Shown: positions 49,486-60,257 of the stretch, one piece after another
How positions within the stretch are numbered: the stretch's first letter is position 1
Layout: every line of letters begins with the position of its first letter
Assembly (NCBI GenBank): GCA_963676915.2
Contig: CAXXVK010000012.1
Coordinates: 66,536 to 130,535 of the forward strand
Reading direction: 5' to 3'
DNA from: Myxococcota bacterium
Lineage (GTDB): Bacteria > Myxococcota_A > SURF-8 > G963663525
Length of the DNA stretch: 64,000 nucleotides
Notes under the pieces: generated by a model
Told to the model about the DNA's origin: nothing
Seen by the model: the letters and a program-made list of their open reading frames with translations, nothing else
Database searches by the model: none
Made by a program: the position numbers and the translations under genes

Positions 49486-50415
49486 TCAGGTCGGTTTATC
49501 CGGGTAGATCGGAGTCGTTTCGTAAGAGCGCTCGAAAGGCTCGAGGTGAACCATCACCCGTACATCCCGTCCCAATTGTTTGAGAATGAGGTCTTCCGTT
49601 TCCTGCGCGATCTCGTGCCCTTCCTGAACGGTTAGATAAGGATCAACCAAGATATCCACGTCAATGAAAGTCAGTCGACCCGACAACCTTGCACGACAGT
49701 TTTTGAAGCTACGCACATCTTCAACAGACTCGATGGCTTCAAGCACTTTTCGATAGGTTTCCTCGTCGGGACTGGCATCGCTAAGAGCATGGAATTGCTC
49801 GCGAATCACATCGATACCCACTTTGACGATCAGCATCCCGACCACAATGGCCGCCACTTTGTCAAGAAAGCGGTATTCCGGCTGGTATCGTGCGAGTCCA
49901 AGTCCTAAAAACACGATGATCGACGAAACGGAGTCTGACCGGTGATGCCAGGCGTTGGCGATAAGTGAAGACAAATGCAAGCGCTCTCCCATCACGCGCG
50001 TGTAATGAAAGAGAATTTCCTTGGTGACGAGAGACAATCCGGCGACGATCAGAGCCGTGATTCCGGGAGTTTCATTCGATGCATCGGTGACGGCGAATGC
50101 GGCGCGAATCATCAACCCAAGACCCGCCAGTAACAGCAAAATGCCAACAGTCAGAGCCGCCAGTGGTTCATAGCGACTATGACCATAATGATGATCCTCA
50201 TCGGCGGGTTTTCCGGCATACCGCAGACCGAACAATACGAAAAAATCCGTTACGAAATCGCTCAAACTGTGAACGCCATCCGCTACCAGAGCTTGACTTG
50301 ATGCAAGAAAGCCCCCACCAATTTTGGCGACAACCAAGGCTGCGTTGGCAAACATGCCGATGAGCGTGACACGCTCCCCGACGAGAAAGGCGCTTCTATC
50401 TTCCTGCCCGTCCAT
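49486..50415 (-). CDS. Cation diffusion facilitator (FieF/MamB-like) transporter
   Basis: SQALVADGVHSLSD, PADEDHHYGH, NAWHHRSD, EGHEIA, MVHLEP. Confidence 0.93.
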   Translation of the reverse strand: MDGQEDRSAFLVGERVTLIGMFANAALVVAKIGGGFLASSQALVADGVHSLSDFVTDFFVLFGLRYAGKPADEDHHYGHSRYEPLAALTVGILLLLAGLGLMIRAAFAVTDASNETPGITALIVAGLSLVTKEILFHYTRVMGERLHLSSLIANAWHHRSDSVSSIIVFLGLGLARYQPEYRFLDKVAAIVVGMLIVKVGIDVIREQFHALSDASPDEETYRKVLEAIESVEDVRSFKNCRARLSGRLTFIDVDILVDPYLTVQEGHEIAQETEDLILKQLGRDVRVMVHLEPFERSYETTPIYPDKPT

Positions 50416-50444
50416 GAAAATCCTTGTTGAAATGCGAGATGTCG

Positions 50445-50493
50445 AGCCATCACCCCCGAAACGGTGAAGCAACGAGGAACCGTCGTGCTGGCT
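50445..50493 (-). promoter_or_regulatory. Candidate structured 5' leader (three-way junction) of the CDF gene
   Basis: AGCCA-[GCACGA..UCGUUGC]-U-[UCACC..GGUGA]-UGGCU, starting just downstream of a TAGAAT -10 hexamer. Confidence 0.3.
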
Positions 50494-50603
50494 TGCCGTA
50501 TTCTACTTCACTTTTGACTCATCTCCAAAAAATTCCGAGAAATGAAGAGGAGGAATAACGTGTCGGCTAAACAATCTCTTTGAATTAGAGGTTTTGCAAC
50601 GTC

Positions 50604-51818
50604 CTAATCGTCTCTTTCCTTGTTTTCCATTTTTTCCTGCTCTTCCATTTCTTTGGCGCGGTCGGTTTGCTCGTCGAGCAGGTTTCGAACGTTTTCTGCG
50701 ATAACGTCGAGAGATTCGGGAAGCTGATCGAGACGGGTCTGCGGTCCCATCACTTCGTGTGTACGAACCCCATGGACATGGTCGTCCTTCAGATGGATTT
50801 CGTAGTAAGTCTTCAGCTTGGGTAGGAATTTTTTCCCTTCCTCTACAATGAAATACTCATCTCGGAAGCAATCGGCCTGCAACACCCGTTTTTCTCCACG
50901 GTAGAACGATCCCATGCGGTGCAGGTGCCCGGTGACAAACATTTCGTAGGATTTCCTATCCACCGTTCGAGCCAACCAGCTTTCGTCCATACCGACATCC
51001 GGGCTGCTGGCGGTCATTTGTCGGATGATATCCTTAACCATCGTCCAGTTGAGCTTGACCAGTGGATCTTTCATCATGATGAACTTATGCCAAAAATCCT
51101 TGCCCCAATACTGCCATGCCATCGTAAGAAACAGTTCACGCAACTCCGGAATCTTCGCCATCAGACGGTCCCGAGGCACCAGCCTGTCGATAAAAGGAAA
51201 ACGGGCATGAAGAGGAATCGCCACATCCAACAGAGTAATCGCCGCCCACGGCTGGTTGAGCAACTGTTGCCCTTTGTACTCGATGAACGGGTTCGCCGGG
51301 TCGATGAAAAACATTGAATCGGCCTGGCTGCCATGCTCGAAATACACCGACCCCAGCGCCGTTTCGAATCCGGGAAATCGTACACGCTCGCTCCCACCGC
51401 ACAAGGCGCGAACGAAACCCTGCACCTTTGGAAACAACAACTCGGCGTCGTGATTGCCCACGATAAAATTCACAGCACGGTTCTCGCGCTCCAGCAGTCG
51501 ACTGATCGTCTCAAAAAATTTCGGATGAGCCGCAGCGATGAACGACATTTTGGACGTGGCAATATCCTTGGTCACATGACGTGGATACTCGCCCAAATAC
51601 GGAGTTTTCAGCAGATCGAACGTATCGCCATTGAACACGAAATCCACAGTGAGATCGTCGTATTCCGCCCCATTATAGGTCTCCAGTATGTCAGCCAGAA
51701 AAGCGGAGTGGGGAAAATCGTCCGTTACCCCGCCCGCGCCCATTTCCACATCACTGAACACTACAATCACCCGGTCAGTGTCCGGGTGGATTTTCGGTGT
51801 AGGAAGGTTGGCCATCAT
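50604..51818 (-). CDS. Metallophosphoesterase-superfamily protein
   Basis: FSDVEMG, FNGDTFD, GNHD, EHG, GHLH motifs. Confidence 0.82.
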   Translation of the reverse strand: MMANLPTPKIHPDTDRVIVVFSDVEMGAGGVTDDFPHSAFLADILETYNGAEYDDLTVDFVFNGDTFDLLKTPYLGEYPRHVTKDIATSKMSFIAAAHPKFFETISRLLERENRAVNFIVGNHDAELLFPKVQGFVRALCGGSERVRFPGFETALGSVYFEHGSQADSMFFIDPANPFIEYKGQQLLNQPWAAITLLDVAIPLHARFPFIDRLVPRDRLMAKIPELRELFLTMAWQYWGKDFWHKFIMMKDPLVKLNWTMVKDIIRQMTASSPDVGMDESWLARTVDRKSYEMFVTGHLHRMGSFYRGEKRVLQADCFRDEYFIVEEGKKFLPKLKTYYEIHLKDDHVHGVRTHEVMGPQTRLDQLPESLDVIAENVRNLLDEQTDRAKEMEEQEKMENKERDD

Positions 51819-51992
51819 TTCCTCTTTCATTTTGCTAACGACCACGCCATTTTACACAATCGAGAGAAAAATCACGAATGATTGGTCCGAAAACCTGGAG
51901 GATCAAACAAACAGTATGCAGCCATTGACAAAACGATCCAATCAGGTATTTTTTCGAAAACGTTGTGTACAACAAGTTAACGGGAGGCTTCG

Positions 51993-52847
51993 TTGACCAC
52001 GGAAACCGTAGATCCATTACGACAGGAACGGGCCAAATTTTCAGAAACTTTTCTGAAAGTCGAAAAAGACGTTTTATTACGAGCTTGGACGTGGATTCCC
52101 GAAGGAAAAGAAGAAGAATCTCCACTGATTTTCCTTCCGGGCTGGGTTAGCGTAATCGCCGGGTGGCGGGATTTTCTCGCTGCGGTTGTAACCAATCGTC
52201 CGGTGGTTTACATCGAAACGAAGGAAAAACATTCAGCTCGAATCGGACACCCTGTCTCGGAAGAAGATTACGGTATCGAGCGCATGGCCGACAACCTTAT
52301 AAAAGCTTTCGAAGCGCTACCGTTTTCCGTGGAAAATGCCGTCATTTCAGGAAGTTCATACGGAGCCACCATTGCCCTGGAAGCCATGAAACACGGAAAC
52401 GTCTCACCGAAAGGCGCGTTTTTCGTAGGAGTAAACACCGAGTTTGCCGCTCCCTGGGCTTTTCGACTCCTCGTGCAGTTTCCAGCGTGGGTCTACCACC
52501 CTTCCAAATATTTCGTGCTCTGGTACCTGCGCCATTTCATGGTCAATACCGAAAAAGAACCGGAGCAAATGCAACGCTACGAAGAAACCCTGCTGAAAGC
52601 CATACCGGCACGGGTGAAATACTCCGTCAAGGCCGCTTTCCCTTATTCGGTCTGGCAGGATATCGAAACCGTCAGCGCACCGGTAGGCGTTGCGTTTTCC
52701 GACTCCGACACCTTACACACACCGGAAAACATCGAGCGCCTTTTGCAAACGTTACCCCAAGGAATCGAAGTACGTTGTCCGACGAATAAATACATGCACT
52801 CGGCAGCGTTGGCCGAGGATTTCGAAACGTTCGCAAAAAAACTCTAA
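51993..52847 (+). CDS. Alpha/beta hydrolase
   Basis: GGGAGG RBS and TTG start; IFLPGW, nucleophile GSSYG, C-terminal Asp and His candidates. Confidence 0.82.
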   Translation: MTTETVDPLRQERAKFSETFLKVEKDVLLRAWTWIPEGKEEESPLIFLPGWVSVIAGWRDFLAAVVTNRPVVYIETKEKHSARIGHPVSEEDYGIERMADNLIKAFEALPFSVENAVISGSSYGATIALEAMKHGNVSPKGAFFVGVNTEFAAPWAFRLLVQFPAWVYHPSKYFVLWYLRHFMVNTEKEPEQMQRYEETLLKAIPARVKYSVKAAFPYSVWQDIETVSAPVGVAFSDSDTLHTPENIERLLQTLPQGIEVRCPTNKYMHSAALAEDFETFAKKL

Positions 52848-52870
52848 CCCTTCGAAAGAAAAGCGATTTT

Positions 52871-53650
52871 ATGCAGATTTTCGCCTTGTCCGACCCTCAT
52901 CTCGCCTTGAGCATGGACAAACCGATGTCGGTTTTCGGTTCCCATTGGGAAAACCACGCCGAAAAAATCGAGCAAAACTGGAAACGCCTTGTTACGGACG
53001 AAGATCTCGTGCTGGTTCCGGGAGACATTTCCTGGGCGATGCGCGTGGATGAAGCCCAGAAAGATCTCGATTTTTTGCAAAACCTCCCAGGAACCAAGGT
53101 TCTGATCCGTGGAAATCACGATTACTGGTGGCAATCGATCACGAAACTTCGTAAACGATTCGCTCCCATGCGTTTGCTTCAAGCGGATACAGTAGAAATC
53201 GGTGGTGCGGTAATCGGCGGAACACGATTATGGGATGTTCCCGGAGTCTCCTGGAGCGGACACAAATCGGAATTTCCGAATGAAAGAAAAACGATCTCGG
53301 GCGGTCGGCCGGAAGTGGACCACGAAAAAATCTTCAAGCGGGAACTCGGACGGTTGGACAGCGCTTTAGGCAGAATGCAAAACCTACCGGAGTCAGTTCA
53401 AATAAAAATCTGCCTGTTGCATTATCCACCACTCGACGACCGCAAGCGCCCTACTCCCATTACGGAACGATTGACCCGTGCCGGAGTGGATCTTTGCGTT
53501 TTCGGGCACCTGCACGGCCCGCGTCCCGCAGAGAAACCGCCGATAGATTTCGAGTTCGAAAACGTCCGTTACGTCTGCGCCTCGGCGGATTTGATTGATT
53601 TCTCTCCTATACATCTTGGAGAGATCGATAGCTACGGAACCAAGGTCTGA
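52871..53650 (+). CDS. Metallophosphoesterase (calcineurin-like)
   Basis: SDPHL, GDISWA, GNHDYWW, LHYPP, FGHLHG. Confidence 0.92.
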   Translation: MQIFALSDPHLALSMDKPMSVFGSHWENHAEKIEQNWKRLVTDEDLVLVPGDISWAMRVDEAQKDLDFLQNLPGTKVLIRGNHDYWWQSITKLRKRFAPMRLLQADTVEIGGAVIGGTRLWDVPGVSWSGHKSEFPNERKTISGGRPEVDHEKIFKRELGRLDSALGRMQNLPESVQIKICLLHYPPLDDRKRPTPITERLTRAGVDLCVFGHLHGPRPAEKPPIDFEFENVRYVCASADLIDFSPIHLGEIDSYGTKV

Positions 53651-53901
53651 TTGCAAAACCACAGAGAAAACGATTTTCCCCAGCCGGTTTTCCATGAATA
53701 CATAGAAAAAATTTTCCGTTCGATTCCCTTGCAGTGCATCCAACGGCTGGATTATACTAAGAAATGGAAAAATGAATCGCTATATATGAAGTGAACTTCC
53801 CTCAACGTGTACGTTCGCTTAATATACAATGTGTAGCGATTGTTTCTATTTGTGATGAAAAGTCGGGGTTACAGTAAACCTATATTCGGAACACGAGGCG
53901 C

Positions 53902-55485
53902 ATGGATTCCAACCTGAACAGCTTTCACCTCGCCATTCGAGAGTCGTTGGCCGAATGCCGACAGCGTATGCAGACGATATTCTACAAACTCAACGAACTG
54001 TCGAATAACCCCTTTGACACGATGGCGGTCAAAGCACTGCGGCACCATTTCGCCGCTATCGGCGAATTCGGAGACGTCTATGGTCTGGCAGATGTGGTTC
54101 GACTGACCAACGTCGGTGAAAACAGTTGTAACGTCATTGCGCTTCTATCGGAAACCCCTTCGCCGCATCAAATTGCACAGTGGCAGGATACCGCACAGGA
54201 ACTTTCCGCCGAACTGAATGAACGCCTCAACGAGGGAGACATTGCTCGATCCATTCGTATCTTGATGATTTCAAACTCCCGCGAAATGCCTCTAGCGAGG
54301 AAAGTGTGGGAACATCTCGGACGTATCTGCGAAAACGTGACGAACTGGGAAGAAGCGAAACAGAAACTGAAACGAAAGCGCTTTTTTGCGGTCGTTGTCG
54401 ATATGACCGAAAATCCCGTTCCGGTTGAAAAAGTCATCCGGCGTCTTCGTTCCCGTGGGGATTCCCGTCGGGTTCCGGTGTTTGCCGTAGCCGACAAGCT
54501 GACACTCGTCGAACGCATCAAATTGACACAAAACGGCGTAGGGCGATTTGTGCCCTCCACGATTTCCTCTTCCGATTTCGTAACGTTGCTGCTTCAGATT
54601 CAAGGGCAGATCGAATCGATCCGCTCGACCGTGTTTCTTCTCGAAACCGATCCTTTATTGCGCCGCCAGATTCAAACGGATCTCGAAAAGGAAGACTACA
54701 AAGTCTATTCCTGCACGACCTACTCGGAACTCTTGCAAATCTGGTCGCAAAAAGCACCGCAATTGTTGATCGTCAACGCCAACGTGAAAGATGTCAACGC
54801 CTTCACGCTGTGCAAATCTATGAAAAAAAGCAAAAAAGCGGACAGTTCGATGTCCCGCGTACAAATCTTGCTTATGGTGGATCGCGAGATCGGACGTTTT
54901 CGCGAAAAAGCGTATCAGGCCGGTGCAGACGACTACCTCGTGCTGCCGTATAACAGCCAGGAGTGGCTGACACGGGTGAGGGTGCGTCTGGAACTGTTGC
55001 GCTATCTGTTCGACCTGGAAAGCAGCCGTTCCTCTGGATCGATTTCCATTGCGCCTCCCCCCGAGTTGAACGAAAGCCAGCCAATCAAAACGCTGCCGAA
55101 GTCAGTACTTCCTTCGAATGAAATCCGCGTGCTGATCGCCGATGACGACCGGATGATTCGCAAAATGCTGACCCACTTCGTAAAACAGGAAGGCTGGGTT
55201 CCCACGGTGGCGGAAAACGGGGAAGAAACCGAAAATCTGCTCAAAACCGAGACCTACCACTTCATCTTGCTCGATATCAATATGCCGTTCAAAAGCGGTT
55301 TCGACATCCTCAACTGGATTCGTGAAAGCGGTACCAAGGGAGACACGAAAATCGTAGTTCTCACAGCCAACAATGAAGACGACGCCGTGCTACGTGCCTT
55401 CTCGTTGGGTGCGGACGATTTCGTTGCAAAACCCGTCAATCCTCGAATCGTCGTCAGCCGCTTGAAGCGCTACCTCGAAGAATAA
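53902..55485 (+). CDS. Hpt-like domain plus three receiver domains, no output domain
   Basis: N-terminal helical LRHHFAAIGEFG; REC1 VVVDM; REC2 LLIVNAN (Asp replaced by Asn); REC3 IADDD, ILLDINMP, AKP. Confidence 0.8.
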   Translation: MDSNLNSFHLAIRESLAECRQRMQTIFYKLNELSNNPFDTMAVKALRHHFAAIGEFGDVYGLADVVRLTNVGENSCNVIALLSETPSPHQIAQWQDTAQELSAELNERLNEGDIARSIRILMISNSREMPLARKVWEHLGRICENVTNWEEAKQKLKRKRFFAVVVDMTENPVPVEKVIRRLRSRGDSRRVPVFAVADKLTLVERIKLTQNGVGRFVPSTISSSDFVTLLLQIQGQIESIRSTVFLLETDPLLRRQIQTDLEKEDYKVYSCTTYSELLQIWSQKAPQLLIVNANVKDVNAFTLCKSMKKSKKADSSMSRVQILLMVDREIGRFREKAYQAGADDYLVLPYNSQEWLTRVRVRLELLRYLFDLESSRSSGSISIAPPPELNESQPIKTLPKSVLPSNEIRVLIADDDRMIRKMLTHFVKQEGWVPTVAENGEETENLLKTETYHFILLDINMPFKSGFDILNWIRESGTKGDTKIVVLTANNEDDAVLRAFSLGADDFVAKPVNPRIVVSRLKRYLEE

Positions 55486-55590
55486 AAGTATAGAATTCGA
55501 ACAAATTCGGACCAAATCACGACCATACCTCGTTCGTGTCGGGCTGATATGAATCGACTTCCCCTGTTCTCAGTATCGAAAATATCTCGC

Positions 55591-55652
55591 GTAGGTCGGG
55601 CAAATTTCTTACCCGACAATGCCAAGGTGTCGGGCTAAAAATCAGTCTGACC
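55591..55652. repeat. Degenerate GTAG-type REP dyad
   Basis: GTAGGTCGGG..CCCGACA followed by an inverted TGTCGGGCT..AGTCTGACC; a further TGTCGGGCTGA at 55537. Confidence 0.5.
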
Positions 55653-55673
55653 ACCCCTATTATCTGACAAAAA

Positions 55674-55700
55674 ATCCCCTGAGACCAATGCCCAGGGGAT
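55674..55700 (-). terminator. Intrinsic terminator
   Basis: ATCCCCTG/CAGGGGAT stem followed by a U6 run on the minus strand, just downstream of the 55728 stop. Confidence 0.65.
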
Positions 55701-55727
55701 CATGTCAACCGAGTATGTACGAGAGGA

Positions 55728-57404
55728 TTACTTACCTAGCAATCCTGTGATTTTGGACAACAAACGCCCCAGGCAGCGGTTGAAACTTTTCTGGTCGGCG
55801 GGTTGCCATTGGGGAGATGTCGGATAGCCCGCAAGATCCAGCGCCGCCGGATCGATATACACCATACCTCCGAACGTGGGATCTGCAAACGCCATGTACG
55901 GCGTCGGTAAAATCGTTCCATCCGCCTCGATTTCGTACGGAGTACCTACGAAATGGGCCAGATCCTCCATAGCACCGTCACTGTCGCAGAAAAATCCCGC
56001 TGTACCCGGCGGGAAACCGGTGCCGTCGAGTTGCTCGGGGCATTCCCACTCGATATACGGCAGGTTCTCCCAATCGGCGGTAGAGCCTTCATCCGAAATC
56101 ACCGGCAGGAAACCTCGGATGGACGTTGGATTTTCGCGGTAGGCGTGGAAATCGATGGCCATGGTGTCACCCACGACGAAGGCTGTAAGCAGCGCATTGA
56201 GCGTTTCCGGGTCTATCGCTCCAGGCGGCAGAGGAAGCTCTAGGCCCAAGGAGTCGAACAGACCAAAGGAAAAGGCCACAACCGCCACGGAAGACAACAC
56301 AGGCAGGACAGTATCGGAGAATACGACGTACGGAACTTCGCTGTCTCCTTCCAGGTTTTTCTTGAACGTCTCAATTTCGGGCCGGATTGCATCGGTCACG
56401 AATACAATGTCCAAGGCTTCGGCTTCACCATCCTCGTTTTCCTGGTAAACCCTCATCGACAGCTTTTTGCCTTCATACCTATCGTTGATCACCAACGTTA
56501 CGTCGTCGCTTTGGTCGTCCGTTTCCTGCTCGATCAACGATTCAACCGTAACGATATTCTCGAAAGCTCCGAGAATGAGATCCCCGGTTTCCAGAACTTC
56601 CGCAGCTCCGGTTTCTCTAAAACCGAGAAACTCATCGCTCGTCAGCAACAGATAGGAAGCGATTCGTAAAATCATGTCGGCTGTGGCGTTGTCGGGATCG
56701 CTGTAATCCGCTTTTACACGGAAAATCACGGTAGCCAGATCTCCCATGAAAGAATGCTCGCGCACCACCTGGAACACCATGGCGAAAGTGCGGGAAACCG
56801 AGTCGAGCAACAGAAGGTCGGCGCGGTCGATCTCACCGGAAATCCAGGCTTTTTGCGTAACGCCGACATAGATCGGCAAATGCTCGAAATTTATGGCGAA
56901 GTCTGCATCGTCCTTGATTTTATCGTACAATTCCATCGAGTATTCGAACTGAGTCGCCATATGGTCGGCCACGTTGTAGAACTCGTCGTTGAGCCAGTCG
57001 TTCATGCTCTCCGGGTCGTTCTCACCCGATTTGCCCATCATCCCGCCCAGACCATCGAAAACCGAAAGCAGGCTGGTGAACAGTTCCTGTCCATACTGGC
57101 TTGAAGCGAACGCCGCACCGAAAATAGCGATGTGATTGTCGGGAGTTTCCTCCAACGCGCCTTCGAAGCTTTCGAGCGCCATATAGCTCTGGCCTTTTTC
57201 GAGCCAGTCCAGACCTTCCTGGATTTTATCGGTAATTTCGTAAGGGTTGGCGCCTTCGTCGTCACCGTCGGGATTCTCCCCATCTTCCTGATCCTGATCG
57301 CCGTCCTGGTTGGATTTCCCGCCTCCCGAAGAACAAGCCGTGCCACCCAGCATCAAGGTCGCGAACAGAGCAAGAAACAGAATAGAAGTGATTGTCTTTT
57401 TCAT
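55728..57404 (-). CDS. Hypothetical lipoprotein (acidic linker, TPR-like N-terminal helices)
   Basis: MKKTITS..GGTAC lipobox; DGDQDQEDGENPDGDD; AAGGA RBS. Confidence 0.8.
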   Translation of the reverse strand: MKKTITSILFLALFATLMLGGTACSSGGGKSNQDGDQDQEDGENPDGDDEGANPYEITDKIQEGLDWLEKGQSYMALESFEGALEETPDNHIAIFGAAFASSQYGQELFTSLLSVFDGLGGMMGKSGENDPESMNDWLNDEFYNVADHMATQFEYSMELYDKIKDDADFAINFEHLPIYVGVTQKAWISGEIDRADLLLLDSVSRTFAMVFQVVREHSFMGDLATVIFRVKADYSDPDNATADMILRIASYLLLTSDEFLGFRETGAAEVLETGDLILGAFENIVTVESLIEQETDDQSDDVTLVINDRYEGKKLSMRVYQENEDGEAEALDIVFVTDAIRPEIETFKKNLEGDSEVPYVVFSDTVLPVLSSVAVVAFSFGLFDSLGLELPLPPGAIDPETLNALLTAFVVGDTMAIDFHAYRENPTSIRGFLPVISDEGSTADWENLPYIEWECPEQLDGTGFPPGTAGFFCDSDGAMEDLAHFVGTPYEIEADGTILPTPYMAFADPTFGGMVYIDPAALDLAGYPTSPQWQPADQKSFNRCLGRLLSKITGLLGK

Positions 57405-57432
57405 GACGTAATCCTTTCTTGAAGCGTCGCGT

Positions 57433-59970
57433 TCAGTCCGCAATCCGTTTGGCACGTTCGGGACGAGGGATGTCGCCATGCATCAGACGCCACATATGGT
57501 CGCTGAAACCTTCCCAACCATCCACATCATCCAAAGGCCAGTTCGCCTTGGCTGCTTCCTCGGCAAAACGACCGGTTTTGGGATTGGTGCGGAACGGTAC
57601 CTCAGGAACGATGAGATCGTATGGTGTCAGGTCCGGGGTATCGGTAAAGACATCGTACATAGGCACGGCCATCAACGTATTCCGGTTGAGCGGCGGAACC
57701 CCGAGAATCAACTCGATCGTACGGAAAATATTGGGAACCGAATAATGAACGGTAGAGTGATACCCTCGCTTGACCCATGGACTGATCATGAAACACAAGG
57801 AGCGGTGAGCATCGATGTGGTCGCCCGGACCGGACTGCGGGTCATCCTCGATAACAATGATGAGGGTCTTTTCCCAGTAGTCCGAATGGGAAATCGCCTG
57901 AACCACCATTCCCAAGCCGTGATCGTTGTCAGCAACGTAGGTTCGTGTGGTCGGCTGCTCGGCAGAACCACCCGCCGTATGGTCGTTGGGCAACAGCATG
58001 AAAACGAACGGCGGGAAAATTCCCTGATCGAATTCTCGAATGAATTCTTTGGCTTTGTCCACATCCAATACCGACATGGTCCAGAACGGATATTTATGAT
58101 TGTGGTATTTGGCAAGGTCGGTTACGCCATCGATGCCGAAACTAACGATCTCGCCGTAATTGCGGAAAGAAACTTCATTCTTGACCAGATGCCGGAAGAT
58201 ATCTTTGTTGTAACTGAAGGTCGCCGGATCGATACCGGGAAGCATGAAGGTATCCGAACGGTTACGTTCGGCAAAATCGTTGATAGTGCCTTGGGTAACC
58301 CACAAATGCCCCTGTACCGATTCCTCCGCATTGGAGTAGAAATTGAGCATATTGCTGAATTCCTGCGCGATTTTGTAGTGGTTGGGCGTGTTGTGGATGT
58401 CTTTATCCAATTCGTCATCGTGGAACGTGCCCCAGGTACACAGTTCGGGATCGTGCCAATAGTGCTTGTCCGGCTGTGTATCGTCTCTGGCCCACAGTCC
58501 GTAGGTTTCGGCGTCCCAGTCGTCGGGTTCGGGAAGCTGTCCCATAACTTCATCGTAGGTCTTGTTTTCTTTGATGATGAACACCACATGCTCGATCACG
58601 CTTTTTTTGCGAGTCGTTCAGAGGAAGCGGTACGGTTTCGATACAATTGTTGTCGGGGAAAAAAGCCTTCGTGCCGGGTGTTGTTGCTTTCCACCTCAGC
58701 CGAATATTCTTCCAACTTCGTATCGTCGGGGGCATCGAAAACCTGGATGGAACTGGCGATACCCTGGCCGGTGTGCTTGCCATTGTTGTTGATATTGCCC
58801 CACCCTTTTCCGTTGACCACCACCATCTTCGAACCGGTCCGGCGAGATATCCACCCGCACCGGATACCAGGCCGTGGGAATGTACCCGGAGATCGTCCAA
58901 GTGTTGGTATCGATAACCTCGACGGCGTTGCGATCGGCGCTGGCGACGTAGGCACGAGAGCGAATCGGGTCCATCGAAACGGAATTCGGGGACCAGAATT
59001 TCAACTCGGGTTGGTCATCATCAAGCACAATAGTGGTATTGACTTCATCGGCGGTCGTGTCGATCACGGCGATTTCGTCGGCGTCGGCGCTGGTTACGAG
59101 CAGGTAAGCATCATCCAGAGTAAATGTCAGACCTTCCGGGCTTTTACCGACGGGGATATCGGTGAGCTTTTTCATCGTCGTCAAATCGAGCACGGAAACA
59201 TTGTTTCCCGACCAATTGCTTGTATAGGCTTTGGTGCCCTCCTCGTTGACCGCGATATCGTAGGGCCAGTATCCCGGCGGGAATTTCCGTAAGCTTGTCG
59301 TTGTCGGCCAGATCGATGACCGTAACTTTACTTTGAGCGGGATGGGTGACGAACAACCGCTTGGTGGCGGCATTGTATTTCACGCTTCCGGCGTACCCGA
59401 TCACCTTGATTTCACGATCGAATCCGAAAACTTCTTCGTTCGTTTCGGTATCGGTCGTCCAGCGATAGACGTACAACCGTTCGCTGTTGCCACCCGGCAC
59501 ATAGACGGTTTTCCCCGTGTCGTCGGTATCCAATCCCCAACCGGCCCATCCGGGTGTCCGATAACCTGGACAAGTAGTTGGTCCTCGGTTTCGGCGGTGA
59601 GGTCGATCACGTCGAGCGACTGGTAGTGAGACAGTCCATCACTGGAGGAAAAATGCCCTCCGGTAAGGACATACGCATAATGATTGTCGGGACTCATCGT
59701 CAGGCCACGAGCGTATTCCTGAACTTGCACGTTCAATCCGGGAGGAGAAATACGTTTTCCGTCGAGCAGAATGCGCGAACCGTCTTCCAACTCTCCCGCA
59801 CACGACGAAAGCCAGCTCGGAAGGGCTTCCGGCGTCACAGACCGCTGCCTTGAATGTTCCAGCTCGTTCCTGCTCCGCCGGGTTAACGTCGGAATCGGAC
59901 GAAGAGAAGAACAGCCCGTAATCATTACCAAAACCAGCAATCCGAGATAAAATCTGTTTGTCCACCCCAT
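57433..59970 (-). CDS. YVTN/YncE beta-propeller plus phosphoesterase (alkaline phosphatase/PLC-like) lipoprotein; multiple frameshifts
   Basis: Consecutive minus-strand fragments: lipobox ITGC, propeller blades (YWPYDIAVN, VGKSPEGL, PTAWYP), then IEHVVFIIKENKTYD, LPNDHT, VADNDHGLG, EDDPQSGPGDHIDAHRS. At least five frame changes are needed to join them. Confidence 0.8.
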
Positions 59971-60257
59971 GTTATGGAACCTTTCCCGATGGAATCGTTT
60001 TTGGGCTTCTGAACCGATCCAAATGCCGATCCGCAAATCTTCGATATCTACAGAAAAGACAATGCTTTTCAATGTTGTTTTCTACTGCGAAAGCGTACGA
60101 GAGATCATACCGTTTGAAGCAAATGACTGTCAAGGACGAGAACGTTAGAGCGGGCACTGATTGTCTTGAAAACACGGAAATTCCGGGACGTTCGAAAGAA
60201 ATTGACGTATACTTATGATTACACGGTCTCCTTGAGTGCAAAACAAGTGAAGAATCT

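Noticed and set aside
50445-50493. Assignment to the known NiCo or yybP-ykoY riboswitch
   Set aside because: Helix count and conserved nucleotides do not match as I recall them; kept only as an unclassified candidate.
57478-59292. 604-aa plus-strand ORF
   Set aside because: Antisense shadow of the phosphoesterase gene; no recognisable motifs, whereas the minus strand has clear ones.
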